A program made the translations under genes and the position numbers. A stretch of 62,147 nt of DNA, filler included, from Candidatus Woesearchaeota archaeon CG1_02_57_44 (GTDB lineage: Archaea > Nanobdellota > Nanobdellia > Woesearchaeales > CG1-02-57-44), in the NCBI GenBank assembly GCA_001871415.1. It is 5 parts of 5 records of this genome, joined end to end, with 100 filler letters (N's around TTAATTAATTAA, not from the genome) between each part and the next. Parts side by side here need not be neighbours in the genome. Positions count along the whole stretch, not along the records: positions 50,753 to 62,147 come from MNWW01000014.1; 4 more parts are not named here. One strand, written 5' to 3'. The notes beneath the pieces are model-generated. The model was not told the DNA's origin, made no database searches, and saw only the letters and a list, made by a program, of their open reading frames with translations. Of this stretch, positions 60,368-62,147 are shown one piece after another (position 1 is the stretch's first letter; every line of letters starts with the position of its first letter).

Positions 60368-60709
60368 ATCTGTTGGGTTGGGCTCCTCCTTAAAAAGCGT
60401 TGTGTATGTTTGGTGCTAAAAACAATCGCTGGTCAGGGGGTCTCTTGCAGGGTCAGTCGAAGGTCCCTTCACGGATGGCTCATTTTGTCTGTATCTAGTC
60501 TATGTGATGCACACAGGCGTCGCAGCCTTCCGGTGTCTCTGCGCTTATGAAAACATTTAATAACCGCCTGCCTTTTCCTTTCCTCATCATAAGCCAGTAA
60601 AGAGCTTCACTGTCACCTTTCACTCTTATCATTTCCTGCAGTTGTTCGTCATTGCTGCAGGCCGCCCGAGAGGCGGCTAGGGCTCTTTCTGGCAACGAGG
60701 TGATTAACC

Positions 60710-61984
60710 ATGGGAAAAATCAGCCCGGTTTCCGCTAAATACATCATTTACGCGAACATCGAGACTGACGGGATTGTCGATAAGCCAGACGTCATCGGCG
60801 CCATCTTCGGTCAGACCGAAGGCCTGCTCGGCGCGGACCTTGAGCTGCGCGAGTTGCAGCGCTCCGGACGCATCGGCAGGATAGAGGTCAATATCGAGAC
60901 CAGGACCGGCAAGAGCCGCGGCACTATCGTCATACCCAGCAGTATGGACAAGGCAGAAACCAGCATCATCGGCGCGGCGCTCGAGATCATCCAGCGCATC
61001 GGCCCGTGCAATGCAAGACTCAAAGTCAGCAATATCGAAGACGTACGCATCAGTAAGCGCACTTTTGTCATCGAGCGCGCAAAGGAACTGCTCAAGCAGC
61101 TCATGGATACCAGTATGCCTGACAGCCAGGAGCTGGCGGACGAAGTCTCCTACAGCATCAGGGTCATGGAAATCCAGGAATGGGGTCGTGACCGGCTTCC
61201 GGCAGGACCAAGCATCGACGAATCTGATGATGTGCTGGTCGTGGAAGGCAGAGCTGATGTCCTGAACCTGCTCAAGCACGGCATCAAGAACGCCATTGCT
61301 ATGAACGGTACGAGCGTCCCTAAGAGCATCGCTGATCTGTCCCGTGAGAAGGTCATGACCGCGTTTGTTGACGGTGACCGTGGCGGCGATCTCATCATCA
61401 AGGAGCTGCTGACGGTCGCTGAGATTGACTTTGTCACCAAGGCGCCTGACGGCAAGGAAGTCGAGGAGCTCACCAAGAAGGAGCTTCACAAGGCGCTTCG
61501 CAGTAAGGTCAGCCCTGAGCAGATAAAGCATGATATGGACCGCAGGGGCAATCATGCGCCCAGCCAGCCGCGTTCGCAACCGTCTAGCGGCGGTCCTAGT
61601 GCTGGCAAGCCTTCGCAGTCAGGTTCCGCCAGCAGGACCCCGTCCAGTAGCAGGCCACCGCAGCGCGAGCCGCAGCGGCGCAAGGCGAGCAGTCAGGAAC
61701 TGGAGTCCTTCCGTACCATGCTTGAAGACCTCGTAGGTACCCGTGGAGCTTATATCCTGGATGAGAAACTTTCCATCCTCGGCAAAGTGCCTGTGTCAGA
61801 GCTCGCGAGCACGCTCAAGAGCCTCAGCTCCGGCGTGTACGCTATCGTCTTTGACGGCGTCATTGACCTGGAGCTGCTCAAGGTCGCTGAACGCAGCAAT
61901 GTCAGCTTCCTCGTCGGCATGGAATCAAAGGTCCGCCCTAGCGGACCTGTCGAAGTGCTGACGCAGGATGCTTTGAGCGCATAG
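60710..61984 (+). CDS. dnaG: Archaeal DnaG (TOPRIM primase-like)
   Basis: DVIGAIFGQTEGLLG, VEGRADV, FVDGDRGG. Confidence 0.97.
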   Translation: MGKISPVSAKYIIYANIETDGIVDKPDVIGAIFGQTEGLLGADLELRELQRSGRIGRIEVNIETRTGKSRGTIVIPSSMDKAETSIIGAALEIIQRIGPCNARLKVSNIEDVRISKRTFVIERAKELLKQLMDTSMPDSQELADEVSYSIRVMEIQEWGRDRLPAGPSIDESDDVLVVEGRADVLNLLKHGIKNAIAMNGTSVPKSIADLSREKVMTAFVDGDRGGDLIIKELLTVAEIDFVTKAPDGKEVEELTKKELHKALRSKVSPEQIKHDMDRRGNHAPSQPRSQPSSGGPSAGKPSQSGSASRTPSSSRPPQREPQRRKASSQELESFRTMLEDLVGTRGAYILDEKLSILGKVPVSELASTLKSLSSGVYAIVFDGVIDLELLKVAERSNVSFLVGMESKVRPSGPVEVLTQDALSA

Positions 61985-62017
61985 AACAATCTTGCCCATT
62001 TGGGCAATCTTTTTTTC

Positions 62018-62147
62018 TTATTGCAAAGCACGGGGTTGAATACCCCGTCCTTCAGGACGTGCTTTGCAATTCAAAAATCCGCCTGCAATGACGAGGCGCG
62101 GTAATACCGCGGCCTTCAGGCCGCGGTTAGCGCCGAGTGGCGGATTT
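62018..62147 (+). mobile_element. Double-hairpin element, copy 5 (truncated by window end)
   Basis: Starts at TTAT just after the dnaG oligo-T tract; identical core. Confidence 0.8.

Overview
Concatenation of five contig pieces, joined by artificial N-TTAATTAATTAA-N linkers, plus one 13-N scaffold gap. The source is a GC-rich archaeon, most likely DPANN/Woesearchaeota-like (inferred). Archaeal markers: 16S-tRNA(Ala)-23S operon with a group I intron carrying a LAGLIDADG gene, intron-containing tRNAs, SRP RNA, thermosome, archaeal ProRS, DnaG and eL41. Three things stand out. (1) Two loci encode secreted or membrane-anchored bacterial cell-wall (peptidoglycan) hydrolases that carry, or are flanked by, archaeal class III (type IV pilin-like) N-termini: an NlpC/P60 peptidase; a degenerate-NlpC/SLT/FN3 protein; and a hidden ~1370-aa GH3(NagZ)-Amidase_3-SLH fusion split only by a false gap. 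Together they suggest a surface-displayed muralytic apparatus aimed at bacteria. (2) A ~137-bp double-hairpin, TTAT-bounded non-autonomous element (IS200/IS605-like) occurs five times at contig ends, with flank swapping, a possible 10.2-kb circle and a fold-back. (3) Bacterial-type functions: LspA, a carbamoyltransferase-SxtJ/SxtK/SGNH module, a chimeric LeuRS, a galacturonokinase-like GHMP kinase, and FTR1 under a DtxR box. All assignments come from motif recognition; no database searches were run.
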